Source: Bacteroidales bacterium (GTDB taxonomy: Bacteria > Bacteroidota > Bacteroidia > Bacteroidales > ML635J-15). From it: a stretch of DNA of 64,000 bases. The stretch is from contig QKHS01000054.1 in NCBI GenBank assembly GCA_003249955.1, forward strand, positions 43,510 through 107,509. Direction: 5' to 3'. This document shows, piece by piece, positions 9,698-18,796 of this stretch; positions within the stretch are counted from its first letter, which is position 1, and every line of letters starts with the position of its first letter. The notes beneath the pieces were generated by a model. The model had not been told where the DNA came from. It did not search any database and saw nothing but the letters and a program-made list of their open reading frames with translations. The position numbers and the translations under genes are program-made.

Positions 9698-10192
9698 ATG
9701 ACTCATCTGAAATCTTTGTTTTTCATTTTAGTGATGATTTTATCAGGTTATGGTGTTTTTGCACAAAATAAGGCCGATCTTACAGTTACAAAAATTGAGC
9801 AACCGGTATGGACTGATACAGACAGTACCATGATTGTGGTAGAAGTGAAGAATATTGGTAGTGCCGTGTCAGAACCGGGAAATCTTAAAATATGGGATTT
9901 GGATATAAGTGTTAAGGAAGCAAAAAAGATAGGTGTAAGCAGGCGTGATCTTTGGATATTTGAGGAAAACAACGAGTATTCAGAAGATGGTAGCTTTGAT
10001 TACGATGAAAATTGGGAGAAAAATATAGAAATCCCATCTCTTAAAAGTAATGAAACATATCGGGTAGCTATTTATTTACAACATTGGGTCTATGATCCCA
10101 ACTGTGAAATAGGAACTTTCATTGACAGCGGGGATGTTGTTAAAGAATCGGATGAAGAAAACAATAAATTGTATTTTTACGAAGGCGGGTAA
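9698..10192 (+). CDS. Secreted protein with a CARDB-like beta-sandwich
   Basis: Signal peptide, then LTVTKIEQPVW...MIVVEVKNIGSAVSEPGNLKIW and ...ESDEENNKLYF, which resembles CARDB. Confidence 0.45.
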   Translation: MTHLKSLFFILVMILSGYGVFAQNKADLTVTKIEQPVWTDTDSTMIVVEVKNIGSAVSEPGNLKIWDLDISVKEAKKIGVSRRDLWIFEENNEYSEDGSFDYDENWEKNIEIPSLKSNETYRVAIYLQHWVYDPNCEIGTFIDSGDVVKESDEENNKLYFYEGG

Positions 10193-10197
10193 TTTTA

Positions 10198-10205
10198 TAT
10201 CTTTG
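10198..10205 (+). promoter_or_regulatory. Bacteroidota -7 box (TAnnTTTG)
   Basis: tatctttg lies 22 nt upstream of the ATG at 10228. Confidence 0.45.
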
Positions 10206-10227
10206 TTTCAAACAATTCTGATCACAG

Positions 10228-10731
10228 ATGAAACAAATCATAGCCCGGCTGATACAGCAATTATCATTGCAGCCACATCCTGAAGGAGGATACTTTAAAG
10301 AGACTTACCGCAGCGGAGAAGAAATTCCCGAATCGTGTCTTGATACAAAATATATCGGGAAACGCAACTGTTCCACCTGTATTTATTTTATGCTTACATC
10401 CGGTACATTTTCGGCCTTCCACAGAATAAATCAGGACGAAATCTGGCATTTCTATCAGGGCTCTACTGTTAAGTTGTACATGATAAGCCCGTCGGGAGAA
10501 CTTTCAGCAGTTTTAATCGGCAGCGATATCCTGAATGGCGAAGTCCCGCAGTTTATTGTCCCTGCAGGTTATTGGTTTGCGGCAAAAGTAACAGAAGAAG
10601 ATTCATATTCGCTGGTAGGCTGTACTGTTTCGCCGGGATTTGATTTCAGGGATTTTGAGCTGGCGGAAAGAGATAGTTTGTGCAATATGTTCCCGGAGCA
10701 TGATGGTGTTATACGGGATTTTACAAGATAA
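10228..10731 (+). CDS. Cupin-superfamily DUF985 protein
   Basis: LQPHPEGGYFKETYRS near the N-terminus and ...GCTVSPGFDFRDFEL are the hallmark DUF985 pattern. Confidence 0.8.
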   Translation: MKQIIARLIQQLSLQPHPEGGYFKETYRSGEEIPESCLDTKYIGKRNCSTCIYFMLTSGTFSAFHRINQDEIWHFYQGSTVKLYMISPSGELSAVLIGSDILNGEVPQFIVPAGYWFAAKVTEEDSYSLVGCTVSPGFDFRDFELAERDSLCNMFPEHDGVIRDFTR

Positions 10732-10740
10732 AGATTTTTT

Positions 10741-10950
10741 GAAGCCGGAAGCCGGAAGTTGGAAGACCGGAGACGGAAGTTGGCTGACGCATGTTTGTTT
10801 TTAGCAGAGGCGATAGTTAGGGGGGCTTTCTTTAAATTTTTTAAATTCAGGATATTTCAATAAGTGAAAGGAAGAATGTTCAATATCCAACATTCAACAC
10901 TCAATAAAGACGGAAGTCGGAAGATGGCTGGAGCGTGTTTGTTTTTAACC
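10741..10950. repeat. GGAAG-rich dispersed intergenic element (two partial copies)
   Basis: gaagccggaagccggaagttggaagaccggagacggaagttggctgacgcatgtttgttttta and ...aggaagaatgttcaatatccaaca...aataaagacggaagtcggaagatggctggagcgtgtttgttttta. An inverted copy lies at 33061-33140. Confidence 0.8.
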
Positions 10951-10980
10951 GAACATATATTTTTCTTTTCGGAAATTTTC

Positions 10981-11742
10981 TTATCCTCTTACAAAAACCC
11001 ATTTCTCTTTATCAGATAAATCCTGTCTATACTCATATCCGTTATTTCTGAACATTTTCAAATCTTCCTGATTTGTAATCCTGTTTTTAATAATAAAATT
11101 TGTCATTGCTCCGCGTGCATTTTTCGCGTACATAACCACAACTTTGTAACTTCCTTTGTTGAAATCCTTAAAAACCGGAGTAATAAGCTTTGCTTTAAGT
11201 TTACTCTGGTTTACAGACTTAAAGTATTCGTCCGAAGCCAGATTTACCACGAAATCATTTACGGATAAATCTTCATTTAATTTTGCGGTTATTTTATCTC
11301 CCCAAAACTGGTATAGATTTGAAAATTTCTCAATTTTAAGTTTCGTTGCTATTTCCAAACGATGAGGCTGAATGATGTCCAGTGGACGCAGAACCCCGTA
11401 CATTCCCGAAAGAATCCGGAGGTGTGCTTGTGCAAATTCAAAATCATCATCATTCATTCCGGCGGCATTAAGGCCACGAAAAGCTTCGCCGGTATAAGTA
11501 AGTATTGCCTGTTTAGCCTGCACATCTGCCGGATGCCTGTGCAGAGCCTGATACCTGTCAAAACTTAATTCTGCAAGTGCAGGGCTTATGCGCATAAGTT
11601 CTGCAAGATCGCTTGCGGAAAATGTGCTTAGTTTTTTTATAAGTTTTTCGCTTTCAGTCGCGAATTCCGGTTCTGAAATCATATCTGTTATTGCCGGTGA
11701 TTCAAAATTAAGCGTCTTTGCCGGCGATAGGAGTATAAGCAT
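10981..11742 (-). CDS. yaaA: Peroxide stress protein YaaA (UPF0246)
   Basis: MLILLSPAKTLNFE start, 253 aa, with typical YaaA conservation throughout. Confidence 0.85.
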   Translation of the reverse strand: MLILLSPAKTLNFESPAITDMISEPEFATESEKLIKKLSTFSASDLAELMRISPALAELSFDRYQALHRHPADVQAKQAILTYTGEAFRGLNAAGMNDDDFEFAQAHLRILSGMYGVLRPLDIIQPHRLEIATKLKIEKFSNLYQFWGDKITAKLNEDLSVNDFVVNLASDEYFKSVNQSKLKAKLITPVFKDFNKGSYKVVVMYAKNARGAMTNFIIKNRITNQEDLKMFRNNGYEYRQDLSDKEKWVFVRG

Positions 11743-11800
11743 AGTTTAAAATTTACAGGCGTAAAAATAAATAATCATATGGACCTGCCTAAGAATTACT

Positions 11801-12283
11801 TTAGTTATTCTTAACCACTATCAAATCACCTGTTATACAGGATGTAACTTTTATTAAATCGTCAGGTGTTATTTTTAACTGTAACCCACGTATTCCGGCA
11901 CTTATAAAAATATAATCATACAGAATACAGCTTTCGTCAATAAATTCAGGGTAGTTCTTTTTCATACCGATAGGAGAACAACCTCCGCGTATATAGTCTG
12001 TAAGCTGAAAAATTTCTTTTACCGGAACCATTGCTGCATTTTTATTGCCCGATATCTGTGCTGCTTTTTTCAGATCCAGCTCTTCGGCTCCCGGAATTAT
12101 ACACACGAAAACACCGGTTTTGTCTCCGCGTAATACAAGCGTTTTAAAAACCTGATCTATGTTTTGATTCAGTTTTTCTGCAACAGCAACAGCACTCAGG
12201 TCCGACTCATCAACTTCGTAGTCAAAGAGTTCATAATTTATCCCTTGTCTGTCAAGTATCCGTGCTGCATTGGTTTTGGTCAT
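11801..12283 (-). CDS. ybaK: Cys-tRNA(Pro)/Cys-tRNA(Cys) deacylase YbaK
   Basis: MTKTNAARILDRQGINYEL..., KTLVLRGDKTG and GGCSPIG, 160 aa. Overlaps nudC by 4 nt. Confidence 0.85.
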   Translation of the reverse strand: MTKTNAARILDRQGINYELFDYEVDESDLSAVAVAEKLNQNIDQVFKTLVLRGDKTGVFVCIIPGAEELDLKKAAQISGNKNAAMVPVKEIFQLTDYIRGGCSPIGMKKNYPEFIDESCILYDYIFISAGIRGLQLKITPDDLIKVTSCITGDLIVVKNN

Positions 12284-13113
12284 AGTTCCCCTTTTTCAAA
12301 TTTTTCAATCATCTCGCCGGCAATGCTTATGTTTAACGGGTGTTCAGGAAGGTTTCCCCTGCTGAACCATGCAGCTTCTGTAATTTCTTTACCATCTGTT
12401 ACAATTGGTCGGGTATCATCGGCTTCGGCTGTAAAACCAATCATCATTGATCCGGAAAGTGGCCATGGCTGACTTTTGTAATAACGTATATTCTTAACAT
12501 CCAGTCCGATTTCTTCTTTAACTTCACGTATTACAGTCTCTTCCAGCGTTTCACCTACATCAACAAAACCGGCAATTAACGAATGCCATGTTCCCGGAAA
12601 ACCGGAATTGCGGGCAAGTAGTATTTTATCATTGCAGGTTATTGCAACTATTATTGCCGGTGAAATCTTTGGATAAACAATTGTAGTGCATACCGGACAA
12701 ACCAAAGCTCTTTCATCCGATTTATGTCGTGTTTTTGCCCCGCATTTTCCGCAGAATCTGTTTTGTGAGTACCAGTTCATCAGATGAAAACCAGCAATGC
12801 TTATCCATGCTGTTTCCTGCTGCGTCATAGTGCGGAAAAAACTTATATCCTGATAGCTAAAACCCGGTTTGTTCGCTTCAGGCTTATCCCATATCAGAAA
12901 ACATGCTGTATCGTCAAGTGTAAACAAAAATGTTTTTTCAGTTTTGTCTGTAATTTCGGAGAAATCTTTTTTTCGTGGCATCTCAAACACATTGCCATAG
13001 TCTTTTAACAACAGCGAATTCCCGTTAAAATAAAGGACAAAATCATTTTCTGCTATATCCCTGCCAGCCATGTAGTGGTTATCGAAGCGGTGAGGGAAAA
13101 TTTCCTGTATCAT
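12280..13113 (-). CDS. nudC: NAD+ diphosphatase (NADH pyrophosphatase) NudC
   Basis: Zinc ribbon FCGKCGAKT...CPVC followed by the Nudix box GFVDVGETLEETVIREVKEEIGL. Confidence 0.85.
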   Translation of the reverse strand: MIQEIFPHRFDNHYMAGRDIAENDFVLYFNGNSLLLKDYGNVFEMPRKKDFSEITDKTEKTFLFTLDDTACFLIWDKPEANKPGFSYQDISFFRTMTQQETAWISIAGFHLMNWYSQNRFCGKCGAKTRHKSDERALVCPVCTTIVYPKISPAIIVAITCNDKILLARNSGFPGTWHSLIAGFVDVGETLEETVIREVKEEIGLDVKNIRYYKSQPWPLSGSMMIGFTAEADDTRPIVTDGKEITEAAWFSRGNLPEHPLNISIAGEMIEKFEKGEL

Positions 13114-13393
13114 ATTGCTGCAGTTTTTTATGCGAAGATATAGAGAATTTTGTGTAAAGAAAGTCTTTAGCTGAAAATATGTGGTTTCGATTTGTCCGGC
13201 ACAGGGGAATAGTAAATGTAAAAATTGCAGAACAGGATAATTGGCAGATACTTATCATGATTTGACGGTTGTTTACTTATAAAAATGAAAACAATAATAA
13301 TGGTAAACCTGTTATATAAATTAAATCCGGTAATTGACGAACAAGTAAACTTTGTTGCTGCCACAGTTTATAATAAACTTAAACATTAAATCC

Positions 13394-13957
13394 ATGGAAA
13401 ACAAAAAAGAATTATCATCTGAAGAACGCGGAGAATTGTTAAAAACACTGAAAACCCGTTTCGATAAAAACATGAACCGTCATAAAGGCCTTGAATGGGA
13501 TAAATTACAGGCAAAGCTGGAGGCAAATTCTGAAAAACTGTGGTCTTTGAACGAAATGGAAAAAACAGGCGGAGAACCCGATGTTATTGGTTTTGACGAT
13601 AAAACCGGGGAGTACATTTTTTATGATTGCTCGGCAGAAACTCCCAAAGGTCGCAGAAGTATCTGCTATGACCGTGAGGCTCTGGAATCGAGAAAAGAGT
13701 TTAAACCGGCAAATAACGCTGTTGGCATGGCTGCTGATATGGGAATTGAACTTTTATCAGAAGAACAATACCGTGATTTACAGAAACTTGGAAATTTCGA
13801 CATTAAAACATCAAGCTGGATAAAAACTCCTTCCGAAATCAGGAAACTTGGCGGAGCAATCTTTTGTGATCGCAGGTACGATCATGTATTTGTGTATCAT
13901 AACGGAGCAGAATCTTATTATGGAGTAAGAGGATTCCGTGGCTCGCTTAGGGTTTAG
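13394..13957 (+). CDS. DUF4256 domain protein
   Basis: LKTRFDKNMNRHKGLEWDKLQAKLEAN, EKTGGEPDVIG and RRYDHVFVYHNGAESYYGVRGFRGSLRV match this family as I remember it. I use the ATG at 13394 rather than the track's start at 13352. Confidence 0.75.
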   Translation: MENKKELSSEERGELLKTLKTRFDKNMNRHKGLEWDKLQAKLEANSEKLWSLNEMEKTGGEPDVIGFDDKTGEYIFYDCSAETPKGRRSICYDREALESRKEFKPANNAVGMAADMGIELLSEEQYRDLQKLGNFDIKTSSWIKTPSEIRKLGGAIFCDRRYDHVFVYHNGAESYYGVRGFRGSLRV

Positions 13958-14116
13958 GGGTTTTAACATATCCCTGAATAATTAAAATCCGTTGCAGGTA
14001 TCAAAACTTTAAATTAAATTTGAGCCGGAACCTAAAGTGATTATTTTCAGGAAAATCACTTAGCAATTCCCTGTTTGGTAAAAAAACAGCAAAGATTTAA
14101 TAACTAAAATAATTAT

Positions 14117-14635
14117 ATGAAACAGTCTGTAAATATAATTTATGCAATAATAACTGCGGTAATTGCATTCGTTTTCATCATGCTGGAAATACAACCTGCG
14201 GTTTCCTTAATGTATGTTTTTTCGGCTCCGGGTGCAGAAAATACATATTATGTTGCACCGGTTTTACTTATTCTCTGGCTGATGTTTTTATCTCCGCTTT
14301 TTATTTATCACATAGTTGCCAAAGCGTTGCGAAACAAGAATTCTGAAACAATTGCAGCCGACAGGACAGGGATTTTCGTATCCCGCGAAAAAGCATTTCA
14401 AAGCGCTATGGTCGGAATACCTGTTTTTATAGATGGCAAAAAAGCCGGAATTATTGATAACGGTAAAACAAGATTTTTCGATATGCCGTCAGGAATGCAT
14501 ACGGTACATGCTGGCAGAGGGAGACAGACTTCGGAAAAGCTGCAGATTAATATCACTGAAAAACAACAACTTCAGTTTAAAATGGAAATAATGGTTTTAG
14601 GATTTCATTTTAAATACGATTTGAAACAGGTTTAA
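14117..14635 (+). CDS. Membrane protein, unknown function
   Basis: Two or three N-terminal hydrophobic helices followed by a soluble ~90-aa tail. No motif recognised. Confidence 0.45.
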   Translation: MKQSVNIIYAIITAVIAFVFIMLEIQPAVSLMYVFSAPGAENTYYVAPVLLILWLMFLSPLFIYHIVAKALRNKNSETIAADRTGIFVSREKAFQSAMVGIPVFIDGKKAGIIDNGKTRFFDMPSGMHTVHAGRGRQTSEKLQINITEKQQLQFKMEIMVLGFHFKYDLKQV

Positions 14636-14684
14636 CAAAAACCGGAATAATATTCCATTGACTCTTATTAATTTGTGCAAATTA

Positions 14685-14762
14685 CCGGACTACAGATTAC
14701 TGATTACTGACACCCTGATAGCCGACCCACCGATTACAGATTACATCCTCACAGATTACCGG
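14685..14762. repeat. GATTAC(A)-periodic intergenic element
   Basis: ccggactacagattactgattactga...ccgattacagattacatcctcacagattaccgg. A related hairpin lies at 60866-60893. Confidence 0.7.
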
Positions 14763-14915
14763 TTATGGTTCAGACATAATCCCTGAATAATTACCTGATT
14801 TTTTACAAATGAAGATATCTGGCTTTAACCGTTAATGGTTTCTGGCTTTTGGATAATGACAGTTTTGCAGGATAAACAATTTTTACTATTTTTATCTCAT
14901 CAATAACAACAGCAA

Positions 14916-15743
14916 ATGAAATTAAAACTTTTAATTTTCCTTATAATTCCGGTAATTGCATTTAGCCAGACAATTAATATAATGACTTACAATATCCGTT
15001 ACGATAATCCTGCTGACGGAGATAATGCATGGAACATACGAAAAGAAAGTCTGGCCGGTCAGGTTCAAAAGTACAACCCGGCAATATTAGGAATTCAGGA
15101 AGGCTTGTATAGTCAGGTTTTGTATCTCGATTCGTGTCTTACAAATTATACTTATGTTGGCGTTGGCAGAGAAGACGGTAAAACAAGAGGCGAATATTCG
15201 GCAATATTTTATGATACAACCAGATTTATAGTTCTGGAATCTTCAACATTCTGGCTGTCAAAAACACCCGGCAAGGTTTCAGTAGGCTGGGATGCTGCTC
15301 TGGAAAGGATTTGCACATATGCGCTTTTACAGTCAAGAGAATCGGGAAAAAAGATATGGGTATTCAATACACACTTCGATCATATCGGAACAAAGGCAAG
15401 AAAAAATTCTGCCAGACTTATACTTCAGAAAATAAAAACACTTGCAGACTCAGATATCCCTGTTGTACTTACCGGTGATTTTAACTCAGTACCCGGGTCA
15501 AAACCAGTTAAAATTATTTGCGGGCAGTTAGAGGATTCATATGCGAAACATGTCGAGAAAAATACCGGCCCGGACGGAACTTTTAACGGCTTTAATAAAG
15601 ACTTGCCCGTTGATGAGAAAATAGATTTTGTTTTTGTAAAAAATGTGCAGGTACTCTCATGTCAACACATAAACGAGATGAGAGGTGACGGGTTTTTTAT
15701 TTCGGATCATTTGCCGGTATTGGTTAGTATAAAGATGTTTTAG
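14916..15743 (+). CDS. Secreted endonuclease/exonuclease/phosphatase (EEP) family protein
   Basis: MTYNIRYDN, GIQEG, NTHFDH, TGDFNS and SDHLPV are the canonical EEP motifs. Confidence 0.8.
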   Translation: MKLKLLIFLIIPVIAFSQTINIMTYNIRYDNPADGDNAWNIRKESLAGQVQKYNPAILGIQEGLYSQVLYLDSCLTNYTYVGVGREDGKTRGEYSAIFYDTTRFIVLESSTFWLSKTPGKVSVGWDAALERICTYALLQSRESGKKIWVFNTHFDHIGTKARKNSARLILQKIKTLADSDIPVVLTGDFNSVPGSKPVKIICGQLEDSYAKHVEKNTGPDGTFNGFNKDLPVDEKIDFVFVKNVQVLSCQHINEMRGDGFFISDHLPVLVSIKMF

Positions 15744-15746
15744 CCT

Positions 15747-17153
15747 ATGAGATTATCAGAAAAACAAAAATCGGTTAATATTATTTCTGCTTTTATACTG
15801 GTAGGGCTGGTTGCTGCGGCAATAAGGCTATATATCAATTTTTCAACTTATTTAATCCCCGGAACTAACGGAGCATATTATTTGTTACAGGTAAGACATA
15901 TTTTACAGTACGGGACGCTCAGCTTTAAAGATATGCCGTTTCTTTTTTATCTCGATGCAGCAATTATTAAAGTAATTTCGGTATTTACAGGCGGAGTAAC
16001 CGATAACCTGATTGTGAACGTAGTTAAGTTTGTTGACAGCGTCGGATTGCCATTACTTTTAATCCCACTGTTCTACATGTTGAGAAAACATGATTTGAGA
16101 AATTCAGCATTCCTGCAGGTTTCAATTGCTGCTTATTGCGTGTTGTCATTTGCACCAATGGCTTTAATTGCTGAAATTCAGAAAAATGCTTTTGCCATGG
16201 TGTTCTTATTTGCAGGCATAACATCATTAATCAGGTATTTAAAAGAACCGTCAGTGCGAAAGGCAATACGGCCATTATTATGGTTTGGGTTAACGGCAAT
16301 TACACATTTCGGAACATTTTCATTTTTAATGTGTTTTGTTCTGGTTCTGATTTTGGTCTTATACAGAAAAAAAGCAATTGTTCCGGCAATTATTATTGCA
16401 ATTACCGGATTATCCCTTATTGCAATATTTGATATAAGCAGATTTTACAGGCTTTTGAATGTCTTCAGTCTGGCGTTTCATACCCCTATGATAATTTACG
16501 GGATATTAAAACCATCAGACATTTTTGTTATCGTATTTTCCTGGACACTTATTATTGCAGGATTTATTTATCTCAGAAAGAACACAGACTTAATGACAAC
16601 AACAGAAAAGGCGATACTGACAGCTTCGTCACTGGTTCTGGCAGTTTGTGCCAATCCTGTGCTGGATGTGGAATTTTTCCTGAGATTGTCGTTATTTACA
16701 GTAATACCTCAGATTCTGATCCTGTATATTATAACTGCCAACCTTAAAAAACATAATGTTATTATCATTTCACTCATTCTTTGCATCAGTACAGTATTTT
16801 CTGTATTCCCTCTTAAGAAACATCTTGGAGTTACATTTATAAACAGGCAGGAGTATGTCGATCTGGAGCATATAAAAGAAATAACAGACCATCAGGATAA
16901 AAGCATAATTCTGGCAAGACACGGACTTGAATGGTGGGTAGCCTGGGTAGTGCAGACAGATGTAGAACACGAAAAAGCTGTTGGTGATAAACTGCCCGAT
17001 GATTATTCAAATATTTATTTTCTTAAACAATTAAGGATGCATTATCCTGACGGCCCTGCAAAAGAAGGCCACTTTCACGAAAAGGTAATTCCGGATAACA
17101 CCAAAATTGTTTACGAATCAGAATATTTCGTTTTGTACGAGCTAATTGACTGA
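15747..17153 (+). CDS. Polytopic membrane protein (about 10 or more TM helices) with a soluble C-terminal domain; tandem paralog 1
   Basis: NGAYYLLQVRHILQYGTLSFKDMPFLFYLDAAI... aligns collinearly with 17281..18696. Confidence 0.6.
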   Translation: MRLSEKQKSVNIISAFILVGLVAAAIRLYINFSTYLIPGTNGAYYLLQVRHILQYGTLSFKDMPFLFYLDAAIIKVISVFTGGVTDNLIVNVVKFVDSVGLPLLLIPLFYMLRKHDLRNSAFLQVSIAAYCVLSFAPMALIAEIQKNAFAMVFLFAGITSLIRYLKEPSVRKAIRPLLWFGLTAITHFGTFSFLMCFVLVLILVLYRKKAIVPAIIIAITGLSLIAIFDISRFYRLLNVFSLAFHTPMIIYGILKPSDIFVIVFSWTLIIAGFIYLRKNTDLMTTTEKAILTASSLVLAVCANPVLDVEFFLRLSLFTVIPQILILYIITANLKKHNVIIISLILCISTVFSVFPLKKHLGVTFINRQEYVDLEHIKEITDHQDKSIILARHGLEWWVAWVVQTDVEHEKAVGDKLPDDYSNIYFLKQLRMHYPDGPAKEGHFHEKVIPDNTKIVYESEYFVLYELID

Positions 17154-17280
17154 AATCTGTTTACCTAATATTCCCCCGTTGAGTAAAACACCTGTTTTAC
17201 AGGATTTTTACAAGCTTTTCCTGAAAGTTTTTGATTGCCACATTAATATTTGATTTCTTTGTGACTTAAGATTGATATTA

Positions 17281-18696
17281 ATGAAGCTTCAGCCGAAATA
17301 CAAAACAGAAATAATTCCGGTGATTTTTATTGTCTCAGGCATAATTGCTGTTGTTTTGAGGCTGTATTTTAACTTTTCTACCAGTCTGATTCCAGGAATA
17401 AACGGAGCATATTACCCTTTGCAGGTAAGACATATACTACAAACCGGAAAGCTTTCATTCAATGATATGCCTTTTTTGTTTTATCTTGATGCTGCGATAG
17501 TAAAGATTATCTCAGTTTTCGGGTTTGGAATTACTGACAATCTTATTCTTAACGTGGTTAAATTAGTTGACAGTGTCAGTTTGCCATTTCTCCTTATTCC
17601 TCTTTATTCCATATTTAAAAATTTTAAAGCCGAATCTCCTCTTGCATATCAGATTTCACTTATTGCTTATTCCGTATTGTCATTTGCTCCGCTCATTCTG
17701 GTATCTGATACTCAAAAAAATGCTTTGGCTGTTGTCTTTGTTTTTGCCGCTATAGCAGCAACAATTAAGTTTGTGAAAAACCCGGGCTTTAAAACGCTTA
17801 TATGGCCATTAATCTGGGTTACCCTCACAGCTCTTACTCATTTCGGGACATTCTCTTTTTTAATGTTCTTTATGCTGATTATGATATTAGTCGTTTACAG
17901 GAAAAAAGCACTTGTGCCGGCTTTAATTATTGTGGCAGCAGGAACAGGAATTATTGCGGTATTTGATGTGTCGAGATTTTTCAGGTTAATGTCTGTTGTT
18001 TCTGTTGCATTTGAAAGACCATTGTTACTTTCGGGAAAATTTCCGCCACACGATTTTATAATTATTTTATTGTCGTTTCTGACAGGAATCTTCGGGCTTG
18101 TGTATTTAATTAAAAACTCAAAACATATTCCGGCAGCAGAAACCGGAATAATTGCCGCATCTGCTGTTAGCCTTTTTGTTCTGGCAAATCCCTTACTCGA
18201 CGGGCAGTATTACATGCGGTTGACCTTGTTTTTATTTATTCCGCAAATACTTATACTGTTGTTTACAGCAAAGAGTATAAAAAGAGTTCCGCTTATTCTC
18301 ATTTCAGTTATCATGTTTTTGATTATTGTATTATCAGTTTCTGTAAGTTTTGTACATAGGCGGAATCCGGTAATTAACGAGTCTGAATATAACGACTTGC
18401 TTAAAATCAAGGAAGTTACAGATAACGATATTACCAACATAGTAGTTACCGGGCATGGCCTTGAATGGTGGACAGCATGGATTCTCAGGACAGAAATCTC
18501 TCAGGATAAAGCCTATAATGCAGATTTTTATAAGGATTATGAAAGTGTTTATTTTCTTATTCAGATAAAACACGAGAATAAAGGCCCGGCAGGACCTCCC
18601 GGACCTCCGCAATTTGACGAAACACGTTTACCTCAACAAAATACAGAACCTGTTTACATATCTCAATACTTTAAATTATATAAATTTTCTCATTAA
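17281..18696 (+). CDS. Polytopic membrane protein; tandem paralog 2
   Basis: NGAYYPLQVRHILQTGKLSFNDMPFLFYLDAAI... The C-terminal domain contains GPAGPPGPPQF. I use the ATG at 17281; the track's start at 17272 is a TTG. Confidence 0.6.
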   Translation: MKLQPKYKTEIIPVIFIVSGIIAVVLRLYFNFSTSLIPGINGAYYPLQVRHILQTGKLSFNDMPFLFYLDAAIVKIISVFGFGITDNLILNVVKLVDSVSLPFLLIPLYSIFKNFKAESPLAYQISLIAYSVLSFAPLILVSDTQKNALAVVFVFAAIAATIKFVKNPGFKTLIWPLIWVTLTALTHFGTFSFLMFFMLIMILVVYRKKALVPALIIVAAGTGIIAVFDVSRFFRLMSVVSVAFERPLLLSGKFPPHDFIIILLSFLTGIFGLVYLIKNSKHIPAAETGIIAASAVSLFVLANPLLDGQYYMRLTLFLFIPQILILLFTAKSIKRVPLILISVIMFLIIVLSVSVSFVHRRNPVINESEYNDLLKIKEVTDNDITNIVVTGHGLEWWTAWILRTEISQDKAYNADFYKDYESVYFLIQIKHENKGPAGPPGPPQFDETRLPQQNTEPVYISQYFKLYKFSH

Positions 18697-18796
18697 TTTG
18701 TGCATTTCTCTGTAATAAAATCTGAAAAAGTTGCTTGATAAAATAAAAAAATAGTTGTTAATTGCATAATTATCAGTTAACCTAAAAAACATTATC

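Noticed and set aside
13167-13364. Minus-strand 65-aa ORF in the nudC/DUF4256 divergent intergenic region
   Set aside because: It is low-complexity and hydrophobic, sits in a promoter region and has no motif.
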